From Nemertoderma westbladi (Eukaryota > Animalia > Xenacoelomorpha), in assembly GCA_032718475.1 (NCBI GenBank), contig JAUCBJ010009091.1, forward strand, positions 1 through 64,000: a stretch of DNA of 64,000 bases, in the 5' to 3' direction. How positions within the stretch are numbered: position 1 is the stretch's first letter; the number at the start of each line of letters is the position of its first letter. Positions 12,442-24,802 of this stretch are shown here, one piece after another. Below the pieces are notes generated by a model. It did not search any database. It saw nothing but the letters and a program-made list of their open reading frames with translations, and was not told the DNA's origin. A program made the translations under genes and the position numbers.

Positions 12442-12640
12442 CTGACTACAAGAAATGGCCCATTGGGGCTCGGCATGAACGCAAAGTAGATGGCTATCTG
12501 CCCCCTACGGCACCCATGGACGATATTACCACTAACAGAATCGATTATACCCAAAAACCCATTGCCGCGCAGAGATCTTTTAAACCAGACAATGTAGCTA
12601 ATATGTCGATGGACCCCTTTGCTGATAGTACGACTCACAG
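12442..12640 (+). CDS. SAXO1/2: Internal exon of a stabilizer of axonemal microtubules (SAXO/FAM154-family) gene
   Basis: Acceptor ttttatttcatag, donor cacag|gtttac. Peptide DYKKWPIGARHERKVDGYLPPTAPMDDITTNRIDYTQKPIAAQRSFKPD...PFADSTTHR carries SAXO Mn-like repeats (P(F/M)xxxTTxxxDY). Confidence 0.85.
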
Positions 12641-12848
12641 GTTTACTCAATTAAATAATTTGTTCTGTATATTTTTGATAACTGCTGCTGGTAACATAAT
12701 GGTATTTTAGCTTTCTCTGCCCTAGTCACAGTGGCACAGTTGTACATGTACAGTCTTAGTGATATGGTATACACATGGGGCAAGGCAAACCCATCCTCAG
12801 TATTGTAGGCCTACTCAATTATTGTTGCGATTTTATTTAATTCCAAAG

Positions 12849-12993
12849 GGACGATTACAAACGTCACCCTCTGGCGGCCCGCGAGATGAAAGAGAAACCG
12901 GTTTATAAAGCGAACAAACAGCCGTTCGATCCGTTGACGACTTTCAGACGTGACTACACCGGGATGTGGGCGTCGAAATTGGATAGCTTTAAG
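12849..12993 (+). CDS. SAXO1/2: Next exon of the SAXO-family gene
   Basis: Acceptor ttaattccaaag, donor aag|gttag. Phase-compatible with the previous exon (AG|G = Arg), giving TTHRDDYKRHP...PFDPLTTFRRDYTG...SFK. Confidence 0.85.
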
Positions 12994-13032
12994 GTTAGCA
13001 GGAGGCGTCGAAATGCGATAGTAACATTATTA

Positions 13033-13193
13033 CACCATGTTCCAGAATATAGTGATCTGGCTCACCCAGTCAGTGGTCGGGAGGTGAAACTATCTCTGTT
13101 TCAAATTTCATGCAATCTCATTACGATTTGTAAAAAAATTAGGGGGGGGGGGGTGTGTCACTGAATTAGGACCCTATATTCTGGGACATGGTG
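13033..13193. mobile_element. Internally deleted copy of the TA-flanked foldback MITE (full copy at 22893-23750)
   Basis: TA|caccatgttccagaatatag ... ctatattctgggacatggtg|TA. Confidence 0.8.
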
Positions 13194-15062
13194 TATATAG
13201 TAGGTCATGGTCGTGCGCACGAACACTCAGAGCTGAAAAGTCGTGAGCACGAGATTTAAGAGCTGAAAATTCGAGCTCACGAGATTTCAGTTGTATTGGT
13301 ACTGATTGTACTCAAATGTACCCTACAGTTTAGTACCATGCTGTTAATGTAGCTGAATAGTACTGCGGCTATGCAGTTTTTTTATTTTTCAATCTTTATC
13401 ACAAACAGGTGACCTTAAAGAATTTCCAGAATATCATGGGTGATTGACCGATAACTTTAATTTATTGCAACTGCAATGCAGAGTGCCGATATTAGATAGA
13501 TAGTTTAGTCCATGCCAACTCCTAGGCTGACAACCTTATGTGTCCATCCTTGGTCTTGCTCTGGGTTTATAGTGGCACGTCTTAATTTATCATTCTTTTT
13601 CCACCTATATTACACTAAATGGGTTTATCATTGACTCGCTCTTAACTTTAATGGATATATCCTTTGTCCGGCCGCCGATCAACTGAAGGATGACTTATTG
13701 GGTCTAACCTTTGTCTCATCCCGGTACTGGTCCTGAATATTGTTAAAAGTTATATTTAAGTTGTCAATATGTTATTAGTAACGTATAATAAATGCACCAT
13801 CCAAGAACACAAAATAATAAACATGCACTCAAAATATAACATCAAAACTGAATTACATCTATAACTACCGCTACCGGTACACATTGTCATTCAAGTCATT
13901 TATTTCAGTTTGAATTCTAAATTTATTTCTTAAACAAAATGTAATTTATTTTTTCAATTTTTATTTAATTAATCAGGGCCATTTATAATGGTATATGACT
14001 TTAAATGTTACCAAATATGATATACTTACAGTAAAATATTTAAGGTAGACAATTAGTCTATTAGTGTGGTCCTTAATTAACATTTTTTCAAATTTCCATT
14101 TTAAATAGTGATATTATTGTGCTCCATCGAGGAAAAACAAGTTTGGAATGTAAATGTTTTAAATTCAGGTCACCGGACCATTATATTTAGAAATTTTTAG
14201 CAATATATTATAGGACTTTGTTTGTTTTCAAATTTGAATTCTATGAACCCTAGCAATGATATTAATAATAATAAAATCTCAATAGTTGACTTAATAATGG
14301 GTGTAGAGAGACCTTCAAGACAACGTTAGAACCATTCGATTTATAGATATTGAACAAAATCTAAAATCTGGCTCAACTGAAGGAAGGTCGGTAAATTTTT
14401 TTTTTTTGCTGATCGATGAAAGTTTTACTTTCAATTTTCACAAACTAGCTAGGGAATAACGAATGCCCCGCCACGGCCGGGTCAAAATTCAATAAGGATG
14501 GATTTTCTATAGTGGCTTCTATCAAGGCCATCGTAATATAATTAAAGGTCGCACGCGACATACTGACTAACAGGGGGCTTGTTGTGTATATAAAAAATAT
14601 ACAGGTAAAACCTGTTACTAGTGGGGTGTAGTAAAGACTCGAGGTTTTACTTGTTTATTTTTTATATATCGTAATATAAGGCCTGCTCACCTCCTTCGAT
14701 CAGCTGATCAAAGAAGTCATATTTATTTTTGAACTAAATAATATTATTACATAAATTGCTACAGTAGCTACCAATGTATTACATTTAATATTCCGATATG
14801 AATTTTGTGCTATTGATTATTTACATTAATCATACTACTAATTAATTACTATTATTAGTGTTGGATACAAATGCACCAGAATTAAGGAGTCTATTATTTC
14901 AATGTCGTATGTAAGAGTGGCGGCTATGATAGATGGAATACGAGCTGAGTTGCCTTATAATAATAGTCATAGAGTCATAATACTCAATCGTTTCGGCTAA
15001 CTATAATACACAAATATTCGTAGAATAATACCGATGCCACCAATAGTGGATTTGCAACAAAC

Positions 15063-15707
15063 TTAGAAGATAATAACAGAAAGTAGAATTCCAGCTATTA
15101 ACTGAAAGGTCAGATCGATGTTATCAGATCCGTTTGTTTCTGTTGAGGTTTTTTCCAGGGCAACCATGCTTGTGGTTTCTGCAACGGCATCATCATTCCA
15201 CGTCACAGACGGACATTCGGTACCGGTACCGTTGCAGCATTGCACTTGACAGGAAGTTTCTGTCCCTTCGGTAAAAAAACCCTCCAACCACCGAACTATT
15301 CTTATAAAAAGATAGAAATCTTCCGACATACTACCCTGGTCTCGTTCAACAGCGATGTTGTATTGTAGCATGCATGTTTGCTCGTTTAGCTCTAAACACT
15401 TGTCCCAACAGTCCATCACCGTGTAATAGAATTTAACCTCATCCTTGGCGTCGAATTCATCTCCAGGAATTGCAGAGAATCTGAAATGTATGATGCCGCA
15501 AGAACCGCAGTCTGTTGGATGTATCCATGTATTGTTGAACCAATGGTCGTTTTGTATAACTATGAGGTTCACCATGGCATCTTTAAAATAGCTTTGCAGT
15601 TCTTCATTTTCAGACTTTGCGAAAACGGTACTTCCAACTTCACAAGAGATTCCTAAACAAATAGTTACATAACATAATGATAAACTAATGGATATTATAA
15701 TTGACAT
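15063..15707 (-). CDS. Intronless cysteine-rich surface protein, Ly6/uPAR (three-finger)-like, probably GPI-anchored (214 aa), copy 1
   Basis: True ATG at 15707 (MSIIISISLSLCYVTICLG, signal-peptide-like). 10 Cys in the mature region ending CQVQCCNGTGTEC, then a Ser/Thr linker and hydrophobic C-terminus FQLIAGILLSVIIF. Fold is inferred from the Cys pattern only. Confidence 0.7.
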   Translation of the reverse strand: MSIIISISLSLCYVTICLGISCEVGSTVFAKSENEELQSYFKDAMVNLIVIQNDHWFNNTWIHPTDCGSCGIIHFRFSAIPGDEFDAKDEVKFYYTVMDCWDKCLELNEQTCMLQYNIAVERDQGSMSEDFYLFIRIVRWLEGFFTEGTETSCQVQCCNGTGTECPSVTWNDDAVAETTSMVALEKTSTETNGSDNIDLTFQLIAGILLSVIIF

Positions 15708-17362
15708 TTTGGAATGTCTAATTTCTCTGTACGCAATCAATCATTCAGTTACATGTTTCAAATTCAACTGTTGAAGCACAAATGTTTTGTATCTTTGGCC
15801 CCATCATCAAATCAGTTCTTTGCATATTATTAATTTAATTCCACCTTAATAATGTATATTGTATATGATATTGTATAATTGTATAGATTGTATAATGTTT
15901 ATATATTGTAACTTCTTAAATACTACTTGCTAAACTTCAGCGGTAACCCCCGCCTGTAATCATATAGTGTAAACCGCAGTGCAATGAGTTGGTATGTTTC
16001 TTTGTCTTCTTCTTACTAACATCCAATTTAAATTTGAGCACTGAAATATCGTGAACTGTATCTTATTATAGTGATTAATATAACACCTGCTATAACAGAA
16101 GTTTGAATAGAATTGGATGTTTACTCTTTGACCTAATGGAAGAATGTGAATTGATACCAACAAACAACACATTCGAAAAGAGTAAGGGGAAGCTATGGAC
16201 CTTTCAATACCTTAATGGACCCGAAGCACAGCCGGATTACATCCTTATAAACTAATAGTGGAGAAACAGCATGATTAACTGCGAGGCCTACAGCTCGTTC
16301 AACCTAATTGTTGCGGACTACAGAGATCAGACTCAGTTAGAGAGCCAACAAACACAGGACAAGCAATCGAATCAACTATGATTGGCAGAAACGCAGAACT
16401 GAAAACGGAACAAGGTTGAGAAAGCAAAAGAGGATCTTAATTTCCCCAGCGAAAAAAAGTAACCCATAGGATTGCATTGCTTTTACTTTTTTTCCCGGGG
16501 GAAAAGTAAAGTAAAATTGTTTATTTTTTTTATTGGAATTTCTTGAATATTATTAAATGTGTTGAAAGAACATCGACGTAGAAAAGGTTTGCAAGTAATT
16601 TGAGCAAAATCCAATCACACACTCAAAAGTTATTGCAAATTTAGTGTCTGTGAGGAGACTCCAAAACGGAACCCAATATCCAATATTAGTTTATGTAGTT
16701 AAGCGGCTCTCTAGTTACGTAATAAATATTCGAGAACATATAAATGATTTAACATTGAGTTAGGCAGCATCAGGAGTTGAAGAGTACAGTAATTACAATA
16801 GCAGTAACTATGGAAGCTATACAGTAAACTATAGTTTAATTTATTTTATAACACTATGTCGCTATACGTCTTTTTAAAGAATTGAGCAACAAAAAAGTAC
16901 CAATTTGAGAATAAAATTACGTCTTACATTGGAAAAAAAACGTAGAACAATTTTTTTTCAATATTCTCTCGACCCTTTATTAACCTCGCTGACGCGATAA
17001 ATGATTATAATGCTTTTCACACGAACTTTTTGTTTTTGTTTTTCTTATATTTTGGGAAAAATAAGTGTCAAAATTCAAAATTGCCATGTTTGGTATCAGT
17101 TCGGTTCCGGTCCGGTTCCTATAGTTCGTCGATCACTATAGTTGTGGGATCGTGGTGGGGGGCCCCCTTTGGTGGGGGGCCTGGGGCCTCGGCCCCCTCG
17201 CCCCCCCCCGTCCTAAATACGCCCCTGCACAAGCATAAATCAGGAAAAGTACATACAGGATAAAACTGAAGCAATTACAACTGCTCGCTCACATACAGCA
17301 AGAAATCAAGTCTTACCTGGCAAAACTGCAAATTAGGTATATGGTATGAAAAGTTGTGCTAA

Positions 17363-17546
17363 GGCTGCGTTCACACTACCGAGTCAAAGCCAAAAGACAA
17401 AATGTAAAACACATCACATGAAATGTAATTTTTTCTACAATGCCCTTATGTATTATATTAGGCCTATATAATGTATTATTATTTATTATTGCTAGCTATC
17501 TATATATATTTTCTTTTGACTTTGACTTGGTAGTGTGAACACGGCC
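17363..17546. mobile_element. PIF/Harbinger-type MITE (duplicate at 28514-28697)
   Basis: TIRs ggctgcgttcacactaccgagtcaaag / ctttgacttggtagtgtgaacacggcc, with TAA duplicated on both sides. It interrupts the RTE sequence. Confidence 0.8.
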
Positions 17547-17825
17547 TAAGGTGTTCCTTAAAGCTGATGAACGCGTGCGAAATGGAAAGATCACTTCAGC
17601 ATCTTGCTTGGGGAGCCACCAAACCTCGAGGTACTGCAAGGAAAATATATGACAAGACGCTACCTATAGAAACAATGGTCTTTCCACTTGCCAAACTCGA
17701 GAGAAGCATTAAAATCATGTCAAATCATAAAGCGAGTGGGTTAGATGAAATCACTGCAGTGAGAGGTATGGAAAACAGGGGAACATTCATTATTGGATGT
17801 TTGCAACCAGATGCTGAAAGGGGAA

Positions 17826-18419
17826 ACTACTACTACTACTAGGATCGGCATGCTGCATTGCAGCTGCATTTTTAAGAATGCTGTGCCGGCTTGTCAACAA
17901 AATTGCACCGCCACAACTCCCTATCACCCATGACATTTGCTAGATCATCCGCATCTTCAAGGCCAGTGTCCTTTAAGATGCGTCTCAAGAAAGTCATGGG
18001 CTGTCCACCATGCTTATTCACTCCATGAGGCTGCCAAAGTACAAGATTTTGCACTGGCTGGTCCTCACGGCGAAACCAATGTCCTGCAAAGCGGAGGCGA
18101 TTTTTTTCTAGTGTCAAACTTGGGGGAACCAATGAGACACCTCCAATGTTATATAGTGTCTGGTCTGAGATGTGTGCATTGTACTTGACACAAAGAACCC
18201 GGCGTAGCATTCTTGTGAATGTGCCATCCAGAGATTTGGTGTCCTCAGCAGTTAGAGCCCAGCATGGACTCCCGTAGAGGAGTACTGGAACTACTGCTGC
18301 TCTAAATAATCGGACCTTAAGTTTCCGATTAATTCTCGGTGACTTCCAAATCCTGGAAAGCCTATTCAAGGCTGCCCATGCCCTTCCTTTACGTATTCGA
18401 AGGTCCTCACCTGACTTCC
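17826..18419 (-). mobile_element. 5'-truncated RTE-clade LINE of a second family with a (TAG)n tail (duplicate at ~28977-29570)
   Basis: C-terminal RT peptide KVRLFRAAVVPVLLYGSPCWAL...RLRFAGH. The tail reads actactactactactagg on the + strand. Inserted into the degraded + strand RTE. Confidence 0.85.
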
Positions 18420-18762
18420 GGATAAAGCCACCACCAATTTGGACTAAAGGTCATCTAAAAGCCTTTCCCTACGAAAGGAGATCTCGGTGTACCAACAAAC
18501 TATCGTGGGATCTGTCTGCTTGTGGTAGCAGCCAAAATATACTAGAAAATATTTCTGTACAGAATTAGACCTCACACAGAGAAACTACTATAATATGTAA
18601 GAGCCACAATGTATGTCGACGAATTGATAAACAATAGCTCAGATACTGTACTTGCGCTATGTGGGCTGGTTGAAGGAATTAGAGTATTCCTACAGGAAAC
18701 ATCCCTACAGTTATGTGATTGTGGACTTCAAGAGAGCATAATTATTCCTGGCATTGGAATGT

Positions 18763-19062
18763 GGGTGAGCCACAAAGTGAGCGAAGCCTTAGCATATGGG
18801 TGCCATTGGTGAGTTGTCTGTCGTCGTCGTCGTCGTCTGTCGTCGTCGTAAATTTTTGATCGCTAATAACTCGGTTATTCCTTAATGAAATTAAACGAAA
18901 CTTGGTATGTATGTAGTCCGTCAAAAGTTTAGAAAGAATCGGAAGTTTCGTCAAGGACGAGTATTGTGTTGAAGACTTCTGACTAACGGCAGACAACTCG
19001 TTAATGGTGCCAATATGCTAAAGGCTTTGCTCACTTCGTGCTGCGCGAAGGCACCACGAACG
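18763..19062 (+). mobile_element. 300-bp non-autonomous element with subterminal inverted repeats, (GTC)n core and structured 3' end (duplicate at 29914-30213)
   Basis: SubTIR aagtgagcgaagccttagcatat...gagttgtctg / cagacaactc...atatgctaaaggctttgctcactt. Ends cgtgctgcgcgaaggcaccacgaacg. Flanked by a TGT repeat inside RTE sequence. Confidence 0.7.
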
Positions 19063-20139
19063 TGTTATATTAGTGAGTGTGACACAGATGTCAGGTAGGC
19101 CTACTCTCACCAGATGCTAAACCGCAGTTCTTCTAAATCCTGGCTGGTGTACTGAAAGGTGATACCTTGCAGATCTGGACACTGATGAATTCATTTATGT
19201 TTGCTACACAAGAATACTAAGGGCAGCCCTAAACATCAGCTGGAGACAACACATGACAAACGCCGAGCTTTATGGTACAATACCACCTGTATCAACCACC
19301 CTCCGTGAACGCAGATTAAGATTCAGTGGGCACTGCTGGCGAAGTAAAGACGAGGTCATACCAGATCTACTTTTCTGGCAACCAACACAAGGAAATCGTA
19401 GCCGTGGACAATTCCACCATCTGAATTCGCTCGACCTATTAGCAAATGAAATGAAAAAAATTCGAAGAAACTGTGATTGAAGTTAGAATATTGATAACAT
19501 CCAAGAGAAAAACTGGCAATATCATCTAGAGATTAAATAAAATAAAATACAATAATATTAATTAACTGCTAATTAATTTTTTATGTTTTTCCATTTCGGT
19601 TAATGCCCTTCATATTTTTGCCAATACATTTTAAATGAGTAAAGAGCGGGAACTGATTGAGATTTAATGTGGCAGCTACCAAAATAGGAAATTTACCGAA
19701 CGCGATTTTCTGGGGAATTCTCACCATACAAATGTATCATGAGTACGCAATCATTCATTGCGAATAGGGATTCCTATGATGTAAGTTTAAGGTTTTACAA
19801 TTTGGTTTAATTGCAAAATTACACAAAATCCTCAATGATGCAAGTTGGGCATCAGTCGGAATATTGATGACAATAAAATTTCGTACCAAAATCACCCAAA
19901 ACATTTACTACTGTATATTTTCTCATGAATATATATTCTTATATTCAGTAAATAATCGGCATACCGGTAGAAGGAAAATTAGGAAATCTGACAGAATGCC
20001 GTGAGAATATGAGAGAGGAATGCCATCAAAGACACAACAGAGCAAAATTTAGAACGATGAACAAATTGGCAAGGGAATAAAGGCTAGATAGGGAAAAAAT
20101 AGAGAAACGATAACAAATTTACAAGGCGAAATTACTGAG

Positions 20140-20819
20140 GTTTAGCCACACCCCCCCCCCCCCCCCTCCCAATTTTTTCTTCAAATCCGAATAAGATGAT
20201 TGCATGTAATTTGAAACATAACTGGTTTCAACTCCCTCCTCCTCCGTGGGCGAGCCAGAATTTTTATTTTTGCTTTCAATCTTTAGCTACAAGCGTTTGA
20301 AAAAGGGTTTGCAAGGACTCCAATAATGTAAAAACATTTTAATTTGGTTAGGAAATAGCTGAGATATGGGCATTCGAAAGTTGCATGTATTTGTTTCCCC
20401 TGCACGCCATTTATTATATTAATAAATACATCATATTCTGGAACATTTTGTTTATCCTATAGGTAGTTGGCAACAATGCATTGCCTCTTTAATCATACTA
20501 TTACGTTGCTATTCATACAAAAACAAAATGTTCTAGAATATTGTATTTTTATTTAATATTATAAAATAGCTTCGCGCAGGAGCAAAATCATGCAACATTT
20601 GAACGCTCATATCTTCGCTAATTTTCAACGAAATTTAGATTGTGTTGCATATTTGGAATCTTGGCATGACCAGCTCTGACTCACCCTCGGACTCGGAGCA
20701 GGAGGAGTTGCGTGAAACAATCTACGTTTAAAATTCCATGCAATCTCATTAAGATTTGTAGAAAGATTTGGGGGGTCCAGGTACTTGAATAACGACATGA
20801 TATTCCAGGACATGGTGTA
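20140..20819. mobile_element. Diverged relative of the TA-flanked foldback MITE (duplicate at ~31290-31970)
   Basis: Poly-C plus internal blocks similar to 22930-23400; ends tattccaggacatggtgta. Confidence 0.7.
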
Positions 20820-22407
20820 ATATAACTAATATACGACACTATATTCCAGAAATGAAAATAATTAATGTAGGCCTATATGTGCCCAGCTACAGGTTATATA
20901 GTCAGAAAGTTCAAATTTCTGCAGTATCTGTATATAAATTAAATAATATAATATATAAATTAGCTCATGTTTAAGTAACTGTACACACAGTAATTCCACT
21001 TGGGTTGAAGTTCTCGTTCCAAGACTTTGGTAAAATGAACCTAGATATGTAGGCTATCTTCTATTAAAATTTCGGCACAAAATTATTGTTTTTGAAAGAT
21101 TTATGGGGGTTAGTATATCCGGGCTGTATTTTTGGAATCTGATATTTTGTGATAGACAAAGTGTAGCAGTTACAAAATTGTTTCTAGAAGATCCAAATGG
21201 CCTTATTTTAAAAACCAATACTCATCATTGTAGCCCTAAAGCTGCTGAACATGTTGGTATATGTTTGATGACAATTCAATATAAAATAAAAAAGTAGTAG
21301 GAAATTTAGTGATGTAAAAAGTCAAAATCGACAAACTAACTGATAAAAAGGTTGTTTTATACAGAGTCATGAATATCAGCAATATATTTATGTTGTTTTA
21401 AAAAGAGCAGTTTTGAGGTCAAAAAATAATTCAATGTTGAAAACCGATATCACTATATGGAAGTTGCCTTTCTATCAAACTACAAAAACATTAAAATGTT
21501 TTTTTTTTAATTATTGTAAATTTTCGAAACTTTCACTTGTGTTGGGATAATGGTCCGTCCCATTAAGGCTGACTTGCCCCTCTAGGCCTTAGCAATTTTA
21601 ATCGGACCGTGGGAATGTGTTATTTTTTTGCTATAGGTTTCGCAGGGGGGTACTTAGATTTAACATCCTTACAAAGCAAAAGTGAAAGTGTATTTCTGAT
21701 CATATTATGATATGATAATATTTCTGATCTAGATTTGGACTTGCTGAGAAAGTAATGTTCATCGAAGAAGCACTTTTTGTTACTAATTTCAGTAATTTTA
21801 ATTAACTGAAATTCAATTATGTTGTCCGAGAGTTTTAGGTTTTACAGGAATTGGCAGCTAAAATACCATCGAGTGCAAAATTCAATCAATGCACGAGGGC
21901 AGAACATCTGAATTTCGGTTAAATTAAATTAGTGACTTGTCTGTCGACTGAGATAAAATTTTGAACTTTCTATCACAAATTTAGTTATATGAAAGTAGTC
22001 GAAAGATGTACTTTCTTGCTCTGTTTTCTATAAATTTTAGTGAGGAAAAATGTGGATTCTCCAGATAAAAATACTTTTTTCACTGGAATGACGCGATGAG
22101 AAAAAACGGGCCGTATTTTCGGCTGGTCCTAAGGGACATGCCTTATATGCCTTAAGGTTAGTCCGGCACTGTATCTGTATGATGCACAAAGAGTTGTTTG
22201 AGGGGCAAACATAATAATATTTTAATTTTTTTTATAATTTGTTCTATTTCAATACTCAGACTGATTATATCGTTTTGTTATTAAACCAAATTTAAAATTG
22301 AATTTAAAATTAATATAAATTTAAACCTATTCCAGAACATTTAAGGTAGCTATAATATATCTCCGCAGCTGTAATATACAATTATTGTATCAATTGTTTA
22401 TATCACG

Positions 22408-22563
22408 ATGTCAACCAATACAACACGTACTGGAAGTGATGAGGTGTTTTATGAGTTACATAATTGTAATGAAAAGTGTTATTCATCGGAGGAGGTGGAT
22501 AAGTCTGCTACTGAACTCGGTGCCGTCAAAATAGGGTGGAATAGGCTACGGAAATGGACATAG
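22408..22563 (+). pseudogene. Truncated 5' copy (51 aa) of the membrane FReD gene
   Basis: Matches 33558-33706 (MSTNTTRTGSDEVF...WNRLRK), then reads TGG ACA TAG. Confidence 0.85.
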
Positions 22564-22892
22564 CAACAGGATCTAAACATCAGACAAAAAAGATTGTCAT
22601 TATTTCGTAAATTAACTATATTGACTTTGTAGAAGATTTCAGAGAAGAAGTCGTCATGCTGTTTTGCAGTTGCTATGCTTTAAATGAGAATTACGTGGTC
22701 CTTAGCAACTAGGTCGTTATTTCAAATGCCCAAAGTCAAAAATTTTAAAAACGCCATTTCCTCAATAAGTGGGACCTATAGAACTCAAAACATCAAAAAA
22801 ATTGAATCCGTCCAAAAATTTTCGGTATACCATTGTGGCTGCCGGACTACTACTAAATGTAATAGGTAGAATGCAGCTTTCATGGTCGTATA

Positions 22893-23750
22893 CACCATGT
22901 CCCAGAATATAGTGTCGTACTTCAGTGACACGCCCCCCCCCCCCCCCCCCCCCCCCTAATTTTTCTACAAATCTTAATGAGATTGCATGAAATTTGAAAC
23001 AGAGATAGTTTCACCTCCCGACCACTGACTGGGTGAGCCAGAATTTTTATTTTTCCTTTCAAAATTTAGCTACAAGCGTTTAAAAAAAGTGTCTCCAGCG
23101 ATATTACACCAGTTACACCGCAGTATAACACAATTTGAATTACGTTGAAAAATAGCTGAGATATGAGCGTTCAAATGTTGCATGGTTTTGCACCGGCGCG
23201 AGGCTATTTTATTCTAATTAATAAATAAACCATATTCTGGAATATTTTTAAAATGTATGAATAGCTACGTAATAGTATGATGAAAGATGTAATGCATTGT
23301 TGCCCAGCTACGTATTTGGATAAACAAAGTATTCCAGATTATGATGTATTTATTAAATACTGTAGAATAAATAGCCTCGCGTAGGTGCATAACCATGCAA
23401 AATTTGAACACCCATATCTCCGCTATTTTTCAACGAAATTCAAATTGTGTTATATATTTGGAATCCTTGTACGGTCAGCCTTCTATCAGTACCAACAAAT
23501 TACTATAAGGTTGAAGAATAACTGCGGTGTAACTGGTGTAATATCGCTGGAGACACTTTTTTTAAACGCATGTTGCTAAAGATTGAAAGCAAAAATAAAA
23601 ATTCTGGCTCACCCAGTCAGTGGTCGGGAGGTGAAACTATCTCTGTTTCAACTTTCATGCAATCTCATTACGATTTGTAAAAAAATTGGGGGGGGGGGGG
23701 GGGGGGGGGGCGTGTTACTGAATTACGACACTATATTCTGGGACATGGTG
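22893..23750. mobile_element. Foldback MITE with long TIRs and TA target duplication (Tc1/mariner-type signature)
   Basis: TA|caccatgtcccagaatatagtgtcgta...polyC and polyG...tacgacactatattctgggacatggtg|TA. Arms are complementary over more than 200 bp; no ORF. Confidence 0.88.
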
Positions 23751-24182
23751 TATATAGTAGGTCATGGTCGTGCGCACGAACACTCAGAGCTGAAAAGTCG
23801 TGAGCGCGAGATTTAAGAGCTGAAAATTCGAGCTCACGAGATTTCAGTTGTATTGACACGGTACTGATTGCACTCAAATGTACCCTACAGTTTAGTACCA
23901 TACTGTTAATGTAGCTGAATAGTACTGCGGCTATGCAGTTTTTTTATTTTTCAATCTTTATCACAAACACGTGACCTTAAGGAATTTCCAGAATATCATG
24001 GGTGATTGACCGATAACTTTATTTTATTGCAACTGCAATGCAGAGTGCCGATATTAGATAGATACTGTAGTTTAGTCCATGCCAACTCCTCGGCTGACAA
24101 CCTATGTGTCTATCCTTGGTCTTGCTCTGGGTTTATAGTGGCACGTCTTAATTTATCATTCTTTTTACCACCTATATTACAC

Positions 24183-24802
24183 GTTCGTGGGGACTTCGCG
24201 CAGCACGTAGTCGGCAAGCCTTGGCATACGGTTCATATAGAGCAAATGGGGCATGTCTAGTTTGGACCCCATATCCCATGCTATAAATGTATTCATTCGA
24301 TATACAATCATATGTTAATCCGCTGGGTGGTGTCAAATTGTTATTCTGCAATTTCGTACTTACCAGTGCAGCACTGTACAGCAGTACCGTACCGGTAGGC
24401 CTATGTCATTACTTCTGAGTCTCTAGCGGATCCCCAATTAAATGTCTTAACTTTTCAATTTCGTAAAAGATAGACTTCATGATTCTCTACAGGCCACCAA
24501 AATTTCAGCTCAGGAAAATGAGGCCTTCCCGAGAAATTTAACATTTTCTAAAAACCACATAATCTGTCGTAGCTGACGTCAGACCACATGATTTTTCACC
24601 AAACTTTACAAACTTTCTAAACTTTCTCTCTACTACTTACCTACTAAGTTTGGTTCAATTCCGAACGAGCGATGCCGAGAAATTCGCGTTCAAACATTTA
24701 CCAGACAGACGGACGGACAGACAGACAGACAGACGGACATGCCCCATTTGCCCTATATGAACCGTATGCAAAGGCTCGCCGACTACGTGTCTCGCCCCAC
24801 AC
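24183..24802 (-). mobile_element. 620-bp non-autonomous element with ~55-bp subterminal inverted repeats and a (GACA/GACG)n core, present only in duplication copy 2
   Basis: Empty site tattacactaaatggg near 13610. IR cacgtagtcggcaagccttggcatacggttcatatag..caaatggggcatgtc has its complement at 24736-24790. ACAC is repeated at both junctions. Confidence 0.85.

Larger units (their letters stand above)
16090..19440 (+). mobile_element. Heavily degraded RTE LINE split by several later insertions (also at ~27240-30590)
   Basis: Collinear blocks match the RTE at 57165-59545, e.g. aagctatggacctttcaatac, caatttggactaaaggtca and MTNAELYGTIPPVSTTLRERRLRFSGHCWRS. Confidence 0.88.
13057..22560 (+). repeat. 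Tandem segmental duplication, copy 1
   Basis: Collinear with 23604-33710; identical ORF-track translations recur at a +11151 offset. Confidence 0.97.

Noticed and set aside
15708-15740. TTG-initiated N-terminal extension of the Ly6-like ORF
   Set aside because: Artefact of bacterial start codons; the ATG at 15707 directly precedes the signal peptide.
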